From the NCBI GenBank assembly GCA_040954595.2, contig CM082590.2:7626001-7690000 (forward strand): a DNA stretch of 64,000 bases, written 5' to 3'. The stretch is from Balanoglossus misakiensis. Taxonomy: Eukaryota > Animalia > Hemichordata. Positions 37,401-48,486 of the stretch are shown piece after piece. A program made the position numbers and the translations under genes. Numbering within the stretch: the first letter of the stretch is position 1; each line of letters opens with the position of its first letter. The notes beneath the pieces were generated by a model. It made no database searches. It had not been told where the DNA came from and was given only the letters and a program-made list of their open reading frames with translations.

Positions 37401-39034
37401 TCCTGTTTCACGGTTATCACACCGACGTTGTCACTTGGCGTTGAAACTGCTCGCGACTCACGGCGCCTTTTTGAATCACGATCGCCAGAGTCACTGCTAT
37501 TGGGATGCGTGCGTTTTAAGGCTCCTGATTTGTATGTCGTGCTGCCTGACGCGCAATTTGAGGTGAATCGGTCTTGGAAATTGTAGACGTTCGGGGCGTC
37601 CACACTGTGCTGTGGTGCCGCGTGTCTACGCTGCGTTGACCCGATGATAAGTCTTCCTTGCGTGGCAGTATTGGCTGGCGAGTTTTTGAATAAGTTTCTT
37701 TCAGTCAGAAGGTGATTGTTCGTGATCGCTCCAGAGATCGGGTTCACTTGCATAATCCCACATGGAAACGGCGCATCTGAAGTGATACTTTCAAAAGTCA
37801 TTGCACTTTTCACGGAGGCGTCTTCAACAGTTACGTTGTCGCCAAGTAGGTTACGCGGTCTGGTGATTTCTCTTTCGTCGTCACTGCCAATTTTTGGTGG
37901 CTTTGTTCGTATAATTTTCCCTCCCAGATAGAGGTAGTTGATGAACAGTACGAGATCTGTTAGAAATCACAAAAGAAGAACCTTATGTCATGAATAAACT
38001 TAGCCATACAAGAAAACATCATAATGACATTGACAAATACTGGTTTCATTAATTGATTCAGGTATACCGGAATTTGAATCAGTGTTCAGAAAAGACTTGG
38101 TGATCAGTCTAGACAGATTTCATTGTTCACTTTCCTATGACAGTTTCACCCTTTTCATTGTTCTCCTCAAAAAGATTTGGGAAAAACAATAGAAACTCAT
38201 TACCATAACAATTAATCGCATTGTATGTAAATTAGCTAATACAAAATTTTCCTTCTTACCTGTGTGAGTTAAGTTTCCCTTGATCAATCTCTGGTAGAGT
38301 TGTTGAGTTGAGTGTTGGAACCAGAGTCCAAACATACTTAATTTTTCTCCTTTTTGCAAAGTCTCCCATATTTTCTTACACTCTAATAAAATCACACAAA
38401 ATGAGAATATTTTAATGATTACAATCAGAACTTAAATAAAAGATAAACTTTTTTTTCAATTTCATAATGTAAAACTGACATGTACACATTGTATTGCATG
38501 CACTTGCACTGAAACTATTTATTTCACCCATTATCATATGCATACTTTATGCATTGGGGTACCACAGCGGTACATGCACGAAGCTCCATATACATGTACA
38601 TGTATAAGACAACGCACTTGGTTGCCTAGCAACACTCATATGTCCTCGTCTCTGCGAGCAGCCATTTTACTGGTCACGTGCTTGACATGTGACTTTACTG
38701 AACGACTAAATTTCTTTTACTAAAATGGCGGCCCCCATAGGCGCGGCGATACCTGACCATTTTCTGACAGCAAAGACCAAAGCCGCTTGAATCAAAAGTA
38801 TGCGTTTTTGTGTAAAGGACCAGATAGCTCTGCTTGGCAGGGGTGTGTGCCTTACTGGTACAGTGAGGGTGTAATGCCTCCACCGTAGTAGGACACAGGT
38901 TTAATATTTTTTTAACTTTTTTAAAAATAACGCGTGACACGAAGACACGTCCACTTACCGTCCAACTCGCAAAAGACCATAATCTCCTTGGTAACCACAC
39001 TTCCCTCAAGCGAGGTCGAGTTAGAAGTTGCCAT
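34494..39034 (-). CDS. Fusion gene B: unrecognised N-terminal domain + linker + Crypton-derived DUF3504 domain (ZMYM/QRICH1/KIAA1958-like), ~702 aa
   Basis: Exons 39034-38959 (Kozak GCCATGG), 38382-38260, 37956-37132 and 35578-34494, all phase 1 and in frame. DUF3504 motifs: RRQDGTEYEPDSL, GKGNTPNRSEPLT, PERCPV..Y, WYKNQRLGINSL..LMK. Confidence 0.82.
36460..36813 (-). pseudogene. Symmetric phase-1 cassette exon with an in-frame TGA (pseudo- or poison exon)
   Basis: Acceptor TTTTTATTCTCAG|, donor CAG|GTAAGT, 354 nt; open except for TGA at 36784-36782. Confidence 0.45.
36904..37042. mobile_element. Small degenerate TTAA-flanked MITE (Kolobok-like)
   Basis: TTAA-AGGGAATATGACCGTCTTATGCGC ... 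GCACATAAGACGATCGTCCCTCT-TTAA, imperfect TIRs. Confidence 0.55.
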
Positions 39035-39177
39035 GGCAGTATCCTAGGGTATCATCGACGCTGACACGTTGCTATGGCGTTGCTAACGCTCGTATTTCCG
39101 CACAAACCACGCTGCTCGACCAACAACAACATTGAAAGGTCACGCAGGCGAGAGTTCACAGTTCAGGGAGCAACTCA

Positions 39178-39240
39178 ACTGCGCATGCGGATTGCTAGAA
39201 GGAAAAAATCAGGGCGACCTGTAGAGGGCGACATGGCGGA
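39178..39240 (-). promoter_or_regulatory. Promoter motifs of gene B
   Basis: NRF1-like TGCGCATGCG at 39180 and AGAGGGCG ~41 bp away; the same arrangement occurs upstream of gene C. Confidence 0.55.
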
Positions 39241-40202
39241 CGAATTCACTTGTGATGTGGGGGTGTTGAGGACTTATTATCAACAATTCCTTTAATTCTT
39301 GACCAACCACAAAAATATTTGCCAACTAGACTTGATTTAAACTGTCTCTGAATGTCAATTCGAAGAATGAATTTGTTCTCAGATAAAAAATAAAACTGCA
39401 AACAGAGCCAACTTTAAATTGAAAATGTAGAGTCACGGATTAAAATTCTGATCAACAGGCATCAAAGTACCTGTAGGGCATTAAATACTGAAGAACCATG
39501 CATACCCAAAAATAAAAGTAATGCAACACACATATGAAAAGAATGCAATTTGTGTATTTTTATTTGAAAACCTCAATACCAACAAAGTTACGATGTACAA
39601 TGTTGTGAAGGCAACTTGCATTTAATTTTTAAGAAAATATATTTTTCTTCAGAACAGAAGTACAAGGAACTTGTGTAAAAAGTTGAAAAAATAAAGTTGA
39701 ACCTCATAACTATGAACACAATTTTAAAAACAAGGTAAATAGTTTGACTGGTTCTGATAGGAGACTTTTCTTCAAAAAGCTGAACTTTTAAACTATGAAC
39801 ACAATTTTCAATAGTCTCAATGATTCTGATTGGATGATGTAAATCAAAGATATAATTACATTGTTTTCAAAATGTCATTCATTTTAAATAACGCCCATTT
39901 ATAAATATAAAATTGACAATAAGGCACAGTTCTAAGCACAAATCAGTACTTCATTCGTATTCTTTTGTCACGAGAGTCATGAAACTTTGTAGCTTGGAAC
40001 TCAGAGCATACAGGTACATGTACTTTTGTATAAAATTTGAGGAAGACTGTAACAGAAAAATAAAACAAATTATTGAAAATACAATTGTCTTATCTGTTTC
40101 TTAACTTAAATTAAACTTGCATGAAAGTTGTTGATAGTCTTGTGATGAAATTTTGAATATTGCTTACTGCTCTACACAGACTAGTCATAAGCAGTGAAGC
40201 CT

Positions 40203-43200
40203 TCAAAATAATGGCTCTTCATCCTCATCTTTGTCGTTGGACAGGTCGGTCAGCATGTCCGCTAAGACCTGATCGTTGTGGATCAGTTCCGCTTCTCTGC
40301 CGTCTAAGGCGTTGCTGATACCGCACACCTTGAAAGATTTCGCCACCACGGCCGGTTTCGTCTTCATTTCGTTCCACGCGTCGACCACCCAGTTGAGGAT
40401 CGTCTGCTGACGATCGATGGCGGTGGCGAGGCGCCCTCTGTGGTCGTCGCTTTCGGGGGGATCCCGCGGCGATTCCCGGATGTACGACGTCACGGAACGG
40501 AGGAGGGTGGACTTGAACAGCTTGCGCGGGGCGACATCGAGGGGCTGCAGTTTGGCGTTGCAGCCAGCAGGTATCACCGCCGTGACTCCATTCGCCCGAC
40601 AGATTCTCGACTCGACAGCGTCCGTTGTATGGACGCGGAAGGAATCGAGAACCAGCATGGAGTAGCGACGCTCGGTGTACGGCACCCAGATTTCGTCCAC
40701 CCACTTTGCCATCAGGGCGTCGTCCATCGAGCCCGTCGGGTGACACGCAACGACAAAGCCCGGTGGGTGTTTCAGGTGGTACTCTCGTTTCCCTTTAAAG
40801 ATGATCATGGGCGGGAGAACATCGCCGTTCGCCGCGATCGCTAAGACCACCGTCAGGTGTTGTTTCTTGGTGCATGTCATCCGAACTTTCGCGTTCTTCG
40901 TACCACGCTTCTTCGCAATATTTGGGTCCAGATCGATGTAGAACGGCATCTCGTCCATGTTCCCGATGACGTCGAAATCGCCCGCGAGGCGCCGGGTTCG
41001 GACGTACGCGTGGAAGTCGGCGACGAGCGGCTGGAGGTCGCCCGGGAGATTTTGGGAAACGGGAGCGTTACCGCGGAGGACGCGGTCGTGGCGGGCCATG
41101 AACTTGTCGCACCAGCCCCGGGAGGCTCTGAAGTCGCCGTTCTCCGGCCTGACGACCTCCAGCGCGTGGTTGCAGATCGCGTCGATGGTGACGGGGATCT
41201 GGCGGTCGCGTCGCTGCAGAATCCACTGCAGGATGGACTCGGTGGTCTCGGCCGAATACGACACCTGACGGCCGCTCCCGACCAGTCGACCGCCTCTTGT
41301 GAACCGGTCCTTGCTGAAGTCGTACTTCTTCCACGTCTTCAGGGTGGACATCGGAATCTTGAATGACCTCGCCGTGGCGTTGAAACCTTCGACCTTCGCC
41401 AGGTCGAGAATTTCTTGGCGTTGTTTTAGGGTGTACGACAGGTAATGACCCCGTTTCTTGACTGCGGATGATGTCCGTGCCATGACTTCGTAAGAAGGTG
41501 GTGGTGGTTCGATGATTGAGGTAGGTTGTACAGAGGGGACTGGGGAATCGAGGACAGATGTTGACTGTGTGGGGACTGGTTGAACGACATCTTCAAGAGT
41601 TTGAGACCTGGAGTTGATATGTGGTTTCTTTCTCGGTCTCCCAACTGGACGTTTCGCTTTTCTCTCCAAAGGTTGAGGGGTGATAGACACTGATCTTGGT
41701 AATGCGGGAGTCTCGCTTGAATCTGCAAGAGTTTGAGAACTTGATTAGATACAAAATGTATGTGGTATCTTTCTAGGACTGACCCACTCCCAACTGGTGG
41801 GTTTTCTTTTCTCTTCATAGGTTAAAGGGACAAAGTCTCTCTCTCGCTGACCTTTTTCCATTAATTATGTTTGATACAAGACACTGTTCATGTTATTCTA
41901 CATGTGGATACATAGTGAATCAACATTCAACCACACACAACTTCCATCCCGCTTGTATGATATGAGAGTAAAAACTCGCCCAAAATGAATAAATGGTAGA
42001 GACCGATTATAAAATTGGTGATTTTTTTCTGCGACATCTGTGGGCTTACCTGCAGCGAGTGGAACGTTCTCTTCTACAACTGTGTGTGATGTGACAAAGT
42101 TATCGCCATAGACATTTGCAAGCAGATTTTCATCTGTATCCGATTCCTGACAAAGAGGTACATTCTCTGCCACTACTTCGTGCAACGTGGCACCACCCTC
42201 GTCAGTGACTTTTCCAAGAAGATGTTCGTCTATATCAGATTCCTGTTTCACAGTTATCACGCTGATGTTTTCCGCCTGGTTTGTCGAAACTGTTCGCCAA
42301 TCACAGCACCTTTTCATGTACATGTAATGAGCACCAGGTTCGTCATTGTTATTAGGACGCGTACGTTTTAAAGCATTTCCACTCTGCAAAGGCGCGTCAT
42401 CTAACACACCATTCGACGCGAATCGGTCTTGAATATTGTACACGTTTGAAGCGTTTCCACGGTGATGTGGTGCGGCGTACCTGTGCTGTGTCGAACCGAT
42501 CATAACCCTTTCCTGACATTCCGGCGTTTTGACAAAGTTTCTTTCCGTCGGAACATGATCGGTCGCGATTTCTCCAGACATTGGGTTCGCCTGCATAATT
42601 CCACAAGGGAAGGGATCGTCGGATGTGACGTTATCAAAGGTCATCGCACTCTCTGCGTGATCTTCTTCCTCAGTTACGCGGTCACCAAGCACGTGATGCG
42701 GTCTGGTGGTTTTTATCCTTTCGCCACGGCCGAACTTCAGTGACTCTCTGCGCGTAACCTTCCCACCGAGGTAGAGGTAGTTGATGAACAGCACAAGATC
42801 TGTCAGAAATCATGAGAATATATTGTTATGATATACAGTACCAGAATATGCTTGACAAATACTTGATTTAATTGCCGCTGCTAACTAGCCTAGGGGCACT
42901 CAAATTGACAATTGAGAAAACCACTGCCTCATTTATGTGATAACTATCTTAAATTTACTCTGATTTCTCACTGTGCATGTGATCAGCAGCAAACATTAAT
43001 CAACATCGATAACTAAACTGCAAAGCAAACTTTATTTTGGATATCAACCCAAAATTTGTCACACTTTTGAACTTTTATTTAGGGGAGTGGTTTCGGATCC
43101 AAGTGTAAAAATTTTGTTCGCGACAATTTTGACAGTCCCTATAAAGTGTAGACAGGTTTCAATGAAGCCTGTTTCTTTCAAATCTCTGCTTCATTTTTCT

Positions 43201-43843
43201 GTCTCTTACCTGTCTGGGTTAGTGTTTTCTTGACCAATCTCTGATACAGTTGTTGTGTCGACTGGAGAAACCAGAGTCCCAGCATGCTTTCCTCTCCCTG
43301 TAAAGTCTTCCATATTTCCTTACACTCTGACAAGCAAAATCCAAATAGTCAATCCTGTGTTAGTGGCCATCTCTATATAGTGGAATATTGTCTATAGTGG
43401 TACATGTATATACTTCATAACAGTACCTGCGCAATTTACATCTATAAAGGTCATATGTCCACAAAGAACAGGTAAAATAATGCCCCTTGAATGGATATTC
43501 TATAGGTAAATCTGTGTTTGGCCACCTCTATATAGTGGTCACTTTCTGTTTGAGAAGTTTACATGTGCATAAGTTGATTGACCTCATTTGACCTGCCTAT
43601 AAAGGTCACCCATATGCCACGGTAGGTTCGACACGATTGTGGATTTGGGGAGGGTCTGCATGACTTGGAAACGGCCAGGGGTCTAAGTGACCTGACCCTC
43701 TTTCGAGCACACAAAACATCACATAGCGAGTTCAACCAAACAGCAATAAATACACTATGTTTACCTTCGAACTCGCAAAGCACGATGACTTGTTTGGGAG
43801 AAGAGCTTTTTCTCGTCTGCGAGGATGCGCAGAAAGTTGTCAT
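40203..43843 (-). CDS. Fusion gene C: unrecognised N-terminal domain + linker + AT-hook + pogo (POGK/POGZ-like, DD35D) transposase, ~821 aa
   Basis: Exons 43843-43765, 43326-43210, 42799-42050 and 41722-40203, all phase 1 and in frame. KRPVGRPRKK AT-hook, two HTHs (FRASRGWCDKFMARH), triad IGNMDE / LVLDSF / LQPLD with 35 residues between D2 and D3. Confidence 0.88.
41826..42010. mobile_element. Left half of Kolobok-type MITE K1 (intron of gene C)
   Basis: TTAA-AGGGACAAAGTCTCTCTCTCGCTG..., truncated at ~42010. Confidence 0.8.
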
Positions 43844-43997
43844 GGCAGTGTCCTTAGACTTCTACGGGTCTAACACCTTGCTATGATGTTCTAAGCATAG
43901 AGTGTACTATTATTTATGTACAAATGATGGTCTTTCGTCGGCCAGAGTTGCATGTAAACAAACCTTGGATCAGTCACCTGTGATTGAGCTGGTACTA

Positions 43998-44055
43998 ACT
44001 GCGCATGCGGGATACAGGAAGTAAAAAATGAAAGCTGACTGCAGAGGGCGGCATC
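43998..44055 (-). promoter_or_regulatory. Promoter motifs of gene C
   Basis: TGCGCATGCG at 44000, CAGGAAGT (ETS-like) and AGAGGGCG at ~44043. Confidence 0.55.
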
Positions 44056-46539
44056 AAACGCGTCTGCGTCCAGGGCATCGTCCAGGGGCCTGCGCGCGTC
44101 GACGCGTCCAGGTCTGCAGCTGCAGCGTCTTGTGCAAGTTTCTCCGAGTTTTTCAGAAGACTGCACGTTTCCAAAGTTACGAGAACGTTTCAAATTTGTT
44201 TCGAATGAATAGGGTATAATACCGAGAGACTAAAATCAGTGAAACAGCAGACAACAAACCCAAGCTCTGCTTTGGCCAATAGAGGTCACTCAACCCACTG
44301 TCTGCCGTCGACGTCATGACCGACAGTATTGGCTCCGCGAAGCATGAATGCTTTCCAGCCAATGGCGTTGCTATGCGCTTTCTTGAATCAAGCGTTCAGA
44401 ATAGGAATTCAATCTTCTGCTCACGAGCCGTACACTGCAGATTACAGTACTGTATAACAAAACTGCAAATTAGTGTACAATGTATCCTTTTCTGTGATAT
44501 TTTAACTACAATGTATAAATTATCAAGCAATGCAAAAATAAAGTAAGTCAAACTTAGATAAGCGAAGACTTCACATCAACTGAACTCCATACATATTCCA
44601 ATATTACAACCTACGTATCACGAAATAAATTCTCGACAAAGTTCCATTTTGTTAATGTACTTAAAAGTACCCAACAGTTGACTTATCAACAACAATCCCA
44701 TCAAGGTGATTTTCACAGTACATTTCCTGACTGTGCGCGTGTTGGAAAAGACAAGTACAGTATAGAGGCAATTTCACCCAGACAATCAAAGTCCGTCGCC
44801 GGACGGAATGACCCTCACGAACATGGCGTGTTTTTTTAGCCTGCGCCACGCATCAAGAAACCGCGTAGGCTTTAACCATAACAGAGATTTCTTTGTCGAG
44901 CCAAAACTATTTATGAAAACTCTCAGCTGCTAAGTAGTGAAATGAAAACTTCTTTAACACTTGGAATGTAATTAATTTATATTATTTTAAATTTTCACGA
45001 CATCACGACACCCTTTTGAAGTTATTAAACATTAGTCGCTTGCACACGTGCAATGATTAGGGCGCCCTTTTTTGGATTATAAAAGTTGGTAAACATTTCT
45101 TATCAGCGACTCAAATAGTTTTGCATTCACATGTGTATAAAAGGGACGCGATCACCGCACTCGGACATTTATGCAAATTAGGTTCAAATAGGCTTCATGG
45201 TGCGATTGAAAATCAAGGACACATTTCGCCACTTGTCCCATTTGTTGTTCCACATCAAATAAATGGAAGATCCGAGAAAATCCACACTTTTCCAGTTTTT
45301 GTACAGTCATCCTATAAGTATAAGCGCTTCTACGGTACCGCCTGTGAGTCTTACAGCTTTGAAACCAGTGCGTAATATACTAGTAGCATGACTCCATGCT
45401 AGTAGTAAAAGCATACCGGGATGTGGCTTTGAGTTGGTCCCTTGGGACAAAGACGTTTTTAATTTATTCACGCACAGGGATGTATTTTTAGCCAGACAAT
45501 GGCAAGACCTAGTTGCCTAGCAATTATCACCGTGAACTTTGCTACAAGTTTCACTACCACTTCCACTGGGCGTCTCAATTTTTTCAGCAGAGCCCCAGCT
45601 GCAGTAAGTTCCGACTACCTCAAGGCTTTGCCTGTAGGTTTTGGGGCTCCTCATTTTACTGATGACCATCAGCAACAAGGCAAATTGACCGTTGACTAAG
45701 CAAGGACCCAAGGTGCTAAACATCGCTCTTTTCAGAGGGGTAATTTTACATGCAAGCTCATTAGAAACTGCCACTTGTATCCCCTCAAACCGCGTCGGAA
45801 GAGTGCGTTTAGATCGGCGTTTAGTGCGGTGTTTCTGTTCACACGTGATTTGAATCGCTGTTTAGTGCGGCGCCCCGACCCAGGTCCCACCCCTCAACAC
45901 CGTCACAAAAAAAGAGCGGCGCAGGGCCGCTCTCACCTTTTCACACGTGGCACTTACAAATTAACGCCGCCCTAGCGCCGCCCCTGGGGCGGCGTTGACG
46001 GCACGTGAGAAAAGGGTTATTATTAGGGGAAAGTCTGTCGGCTTTACGTCAGGATGTGGATTATAAAGGGGTTCATTCATGTCGCCGAAGAGGCTTGCTG
46101 ATATCACGATGTTGTTATGGAAACCAATGCCTTGTCTGCGCGCACGTCGCGTCTCCAGGGAAACGCACACCCATGTCTGATCCGATCACGTGTCACCAAG
46201 GAACCAGGTGCGGGTCCAGACTTGTCCTGGAGCCAGTGAGATTATCTTTAAAACTTTCTTTTTGGTAGACGACGGGGAATCAAAGAAGTGAAAATATCGT
46301 AAATTTTATAAATTATTACTTGGCAGTGATTCAAAGGCAATCTCGATGTTTAAGACGTAGTGTTTACCCGGCATCCATTTAGATGTGTGTAAAGTGTAAC
46401 ATGTCAATCTCATGGACAAAATTTTAAATCGGTGTTATAGTTATATTAAAGAACTTATATCAATTGAGACAAAAATGCCAATGGTAAATGTACGAATTGT
46501 TATGACATATCTCCTGGGGAGAGAGGCCTGGGGCAGAGA

Positions 46540-46647
46540 AGGAGGGAGGGAGGGAGAGAGAGAGAGAGACAGACAGAGAGAAAGAGAACGAGACAGACAG
46601 AGACAGACAGACAGAGAGAAAGAGAAAGAGAGACAGAGACAGAGAGA

Positions 46648-46681
<34 letters not shown>

Positions 46682-46682
46682 C

Positions 46683-46716
<34 letters not shown>
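46540..46716. repeat. Compound (GA)n/(GACA)n microsatellite
   Basis: Directly visible. Confidence 0.95.
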
Positions 46717-46718
<2 letters not shown>

Positions 46719-48486
46719 GCTAGGTTATATATTCGATTTTGTCATTTCGATTCAATCTTCGGTCAAAACTTTTCCCCCAAAATGCATGACTTGTTTACTT
46801 TGCTGACTGTTTTGCATGCATATGTTCCTTTAAGGCGTGGTTTTCAGTAAGTATAATTATAATTATTCTAATTTCAATGGAACTTACTATATTATGAATA
46901 TAAATTCGGCGGACGTCAGACACGCCCAGAAACTCGACATTCGAACGTAGAAGAGCGCAGCCAGCGGTTGGATATAAAATAGAACCAGTAAATTTCCCCA
47001 TTTGGGGGTAGTGGAGGGTATCGCAGCGCCCCCATTAGGCAAGTGGAACGGGTCTGAGAGACCCAATTTGCTGGCAAATCCATAGAGGGAGCACCTCATT
47101 GCTCTTGGCAGTGTCCCAAACACAGTGTTGAAAAAATAAAATATAGAGATTTCTTTCCCACAAGAGACTAGTACATTAATATTTCACAAACAAGAGCATT
47201 TAAAAGTTTCACGACAAAGTTGCGATAGAGGACTTTTGGTTGTTAGCTGAGATTCCCCAAGAAAGCAGTAATGACAATATCAAAAATAGAGTTCATTATA
47301 TTAAAGCTTTTATTTCAATGTTAGAAACTACACACATTTTCAAATCTTCACCCCAAAGGGGACAAGAAAGGAAAGGGTTTCAAACATCAATACAACTGTA
47401 CATGTTGTATGATAAAGTCAAAACACACACCAGTTGTCTGCACAGTGGTTGCTGTCGTGTCTAAGACATGGCATCTTGATTCTGATTGGTCAAAGAGAAT
47501 TAAGACAAAATCCAGCTGTGACCCAAATGAGCTGAACTTTGCCAACAAAAACAACAACAACAACAACAAAACAAAGAATGTATTTTGTAATGTTGACAAG
47601 TTGTTTACAACAAGATGCAACTCGAGTACGGAGTCTTTCGAAAAGCTATCGGTCACGTGATCGTTATTTTACAGCTTGACGTCATCCATAGTACCGTCAT
47701 AGCGACATGCCTGTTGCTAAGATTCCATGTCAAAGATAGTGCCAACATCCGCGTTTCCATGACAACATTTGGGTGTTGACTCATATATAATTGTAGTGTT
47801 AACACAACTACAATAGTAAACAAAATACACAAACACAAACAAAAAAATTCAACATCAGGATAAACGTGGCTTCAACATAAGAAAGAAAGAAATTATGGTA
47901 TATAATCATCTCTAATTTACATATGTTCATATTTGGCCAAAAGGTGGTGTTTAAATATTCAAATGACCACACCGTGCTGAAAATCTGTGATTAGTATAGG
48001 TGAATATAGTGGGATGGATAACAATAGGCCACTACATGCACTGATTGTAGGCTAGTGGGGGGGGGGGGTGTTACTCCTATTGAAAAACCTTGTTGGGTTC
48101 CAGACAATATATTTCAATAGGAGCACCCCCCCCCCTCTCACTACAGCATCACACTGAGGTAATTGTCTATATACCCTAGCATCTGAAATCAATTTTCTCT
48201 AATAGGACACTTTCATTTTTGGAATAACCATTCTGACTGAGCAAAGCTTTCTTCCAGACATTGAAGCGATATCTGAAAGAGACAAAAGAGACAATTAAAA
48301 CACATGGGTTCACCAACATATCAACTGTCTTTTTCAATAGCTTTCAAATAAACATACAAAGACATTTAGGACCATTAGGCTAATATCCATTCCACAATTA
48401 AGCGTTCCACTACAATTTCCGAAAGCAAAGAACATTTGGGGATGGTTGTATCAGATATGCAAATTATGCTTACCGTGTGTTTACCT

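Noticed and set aside
38600-38760. Alternative first exons for gene B (ATGGTCAG|GT and ATGGCTGCT)
   Set aside because: Wrong phase or no canonical donor; the exon at 39034-38959 is homologous to exon 1 of genes A and C.
46412-46723. ER/RQ-rich ORF, and similar low-complexity ORFs at 3768, 56937 and 59677
   Set aside because: Translations of microsatellite or purine-rich tracts.
46985-47035. Resemblance to the U1 snRNA 3' end
   Set aside because: No ATACTTACCTG 5' end or proper Sm site; neighbouring sequence matches the interior of the MITE at 61332.
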